Shown here: piece after piece, positions 61,630 through 64,000 of the stretch
Numbering within the stretch: position 1 is the first letter of the stretch
Layout: each line of letters opens with the position of its first letter
From: Chiloscyllium plagiosum
Lineage: Eukaryota
DNA length: 64,000 nucleotides
Assembly: GCF_004010195.1 (NCBI RefSeq)
Contig: NC_057718.1
Span: forward strand, 65,680,919 to 65,744,918
Direction: 5' to 3'
Notes under the pieces: generated by a model
The model's input: the letters and a program-made list of their open reading frames with translations, nothing else
Told to the model about the DNA's origin: nothing
The model's database searches: none
Made by a program: the position numbers and the translations under genes

Positions 61630-62701
61630 TAATAACATGCTGGAATCAATTTTTGTCAGTCTACATAAGCAATGGCCCAAGCCTGACACAATATTTGATA
61701 TAGCATCAGAAATAAAAAAGGTATAGTAAGATGAAGAGCTTAATGTGTGCAGCGTGTTAAACTCACAGTGAGGAGACTATAATCAACACTATCCATTGCA
61801 GGATAGTGCATACTCTTAAAGTGACCATTATCACCACTCTCAGTAGGTAGTGCACTTTTAAATTTAATAGCTTTTCTGTATGATGTACATGGTGATTTGA
61901 TGATGCATTTACCCAGTCCTCTGATGTGACATAAGATCTCGAACTAAACTAAAAGAATCTTCTGTTGCTTTTTGGAATTACGTGATAGTTTGTAAACTGA
62001 AATGTAGTAACTCTTTCACAAAGGCAAGATACAGCTGATATTGGAACTCTGAAGTAAAAGTGGAAAATGCTGGAACCTCTCTGGTCTAACAGTGTACATA
62101 TAAAGTGAAACAAGTTATTTTAGGCTGATGACCTTTCATTAGAACATTTGTTACTCTTTGAGATGGCTTCTACAGTACTGATATATGACAAAGTATCTTC
62201 CATCATGTCTTTTGAATATTTTGTTTTGTAACTGTGTCCAGAATGAGATCCCATTTGTGCATGCATCATCCTTTATTTTACATTGCAAAGATTTGCTGCA
62301 TTAAATACAAGGTTGTGAGGGATTTTATCAAAAAGTTGGAGAAAATGTTTCGATTTTGTATTTTTTTAAACGTTTTCTGGAAGAAAGATCACAAAAGAAA
62401 CATGAAAAGGAGTACCTATGGGTTTTAGCAATGCTTTTCCAATCAGAGGAAGGTAGGGTCAGGCAGTAGCTCAGCAGACAGAGGGAGGCTCAAGCCCCTG
62501 AAAGAATGAGAGAGAGCACAGCAGCTGTCTCTCCAGAGTTGGGTGGGAAAACTAAAGTTAAAGCTACAGTACCAAAGAAATCTGCAGATGAAAGGGACTA
62601 TAGACTCTCACATAAGACGTTTGGAAGCAATCGTCCTACACATCAAAAGGAAAAAGCAAGTAGCTGAAAGAAGTTCCATGTACTAAGAATGATGCCAGTA
62701 G

Positions 62702-62840
62702 ATTAGATTAGATTACTGACAGTGTGGAAACAGGCCCTTCGGCCCAACAAGTCCACACTGCCCCGCCGAAGCGCAACCCACCCATACCCCTACATCTACC
62801 CCTTACCTAACACTACGGGCAATTTAGCATGGCCAATTCA
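62702..62840 (-). mobile_element. 5'-truncated HE1 SINE
   Basis: Tail and 3' half only; TSD ccagtag at 62695-62701 and 62841-62847. Confidence 0.9.
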
Positions 62841-62949
62841 CCAGTAGTAGTAGTAATAGGGGCTGTAGCAGTCGGAGTGAGGGTGGTGTTGAATCAGTCA
62901 CCTAAAAAGTCCCTACATTACAGCAGACCTGCATGAAGACGGCACGGTG

Positions 62950-63240
62950 GACGGCACGGTGGCACAGTGGTTAGCACTGCTGCCTCACAGCACCAGAGAC
63001 CCGGGTTCAATTCCCACCTCAGGCAACTGACTGTGTGGAGTTTGCACGTTCTCCCCGTGTCTGCGTGGGTTTCCTCCGGGTGCTCCGGTTTCCTCCCACA
63101 GTCCAAAGATGTGCAGGTCAGGTGAATTGGCCATGCTAAATTGCCCGTAGTGTAAGGTAAGGGGTAAATGTAGGGGTATGGGTGAGTTGTGCTTCGGCGG
63201 GTCGGTGTGGACTTGTTGGGCCGAATCTGTAATCTGTAAA
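62950..63240 (+). mobile_element. HE1 V-SINE
   Basis: Full head and V-domain, shortened tail; gacggcacggtgg duplicated at the 5' junction. Confidence 0.93.
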
Positions 63241-63559
63241 AAGACATGATTGATTTTAAGCACTGAACATCATACCCACAAATGAAGCAGTCACTAGAGC
63301 ACTATATCTAGATTTGGATGCTGATCAGCCGCCCGATTTTGATAGGTCTGTATCCAAAAGTGTTTCTGGTCAAAGTAGACACCACAAACTAGGAGGGAAA
63401 CCAATTCACTTTTAGTGACAAAACCACCAAACACCAAAGAAAGCAACTAAATAGTGCATCCAGATTTGCTTTGAGGAGAGAGGCCTGCTAAGCAATGACC
63501 ATATGGAGAGTGTGAATTTTCTAACAAATTTATTTAAGGAGAAGTACATGTTACAAACA

Positions 63560-63890
63560 TAGAATCCCTATAGTGTGGAAACAGGTTATTTCACCCAACA
63601 AACTCACACTGACCCTCTGAAGAGTATCCCACCCAGACTCATTTTCCTACCCTATTACTCGACATTTATTCTCTATTAATGCACCTAACCTACATATCCC
63701 TGAACATTATGGGAAATTTAGCACAGCCAATTCACCTAATCTGCACATCTTTGGATTGTGGGAGGAAACCGTAACACCCAGAGGTAACCCAAGCAGACAC
63801 GAGGAGAATGTGCAAACTTCACACAGTCGTCTGAGACTGGAATTGAACCCAGGTCCCTGGCACAGTGTTAACTACAGAGCCACCATGCCA
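63560..63890 (-). mobile_element. HE1-type SINE, older subfamily
   Basis: Reverse complement resembles 18098-18410. Confidence 0.85.
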
Positions 63891-64000
63891 TCCCACCAAC
63901 TGAGTTACCATGCTGCCCCATATACCACAAGAAAAACTGCATGGTCCAATCAGATGATAAGGCTGCTCCCCCCATGAGGGGAGACGACTGGTAGTGATTT

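Noticed and set aside
23611..63263. Repeated ORFs containing WPIHLTCTSLDCGRKPEHPEETH
   Set aside because: Antisense translations of HE1 SINE copies, not a protein family.
18098..63890. tRNA-like A/B box sequences
   Set aside because: They are SINE heads followed by V-domains; no stand-alone tRNA cloverleaf was seen.
1..64000. CRISPR arrays, operons or prokaryotic defence systems
   Set aside because: The sequence is vertebrate and repeat-rich; no regularly spaced repeats or dense ORFs.

Overview
Vertebrate genomic DNA, very probably from a shark. The HE1-type V-SINEs, HER1/CR1 LINEs and SacSINE1-like elements are elasmobranch hallmarks; the HE1 subfamily suggests a carpet/bamboo shark, but that is recall, not a search result. 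The window is AT-rich, largely intergenic and dense in transposable elements, with two assembly gaps (34068-34264, 36251-37067). No complete host gene is visible. The first ~3 kb looks like the last two small coding exons (…AFRRDRETLKGHIQL/PKIPEEL*) and 3' UTR of an unidentified + strand gene, and a repeat-poor block at ~48.6-52 kb may be the 3' end of a convergent gene. Nearly all long ORFs in the track are decayed CR1, Penelope or RTE pieces, or spurious SINE frames. The most interesting signal is a set of about 10 Penelope-like element (PLE) termini from at least three families, carrying minimal type-I hammerhead ribozyme motifs; two are intact (16369-16403 +, 57136-57170 -). Several occur as 90-280 bp mini-insertions or tail-out fold-back structures with ~14-bp target-site duplications (TSDs), and their 5' breakpoints cluster at the ribozyme core. 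Also notable: a 432-bp hAT-Charlie MITE with a perfect 8-bp TSD that resembles (from memory) elements in distant tetrapods, an unclassified ~450-bp element with ~120-bp inverted termini, and a perfect 22-bp-arm hairpin. Repeat boundaries were read by eye and are approximate unless a TSD or TIR fixes them.
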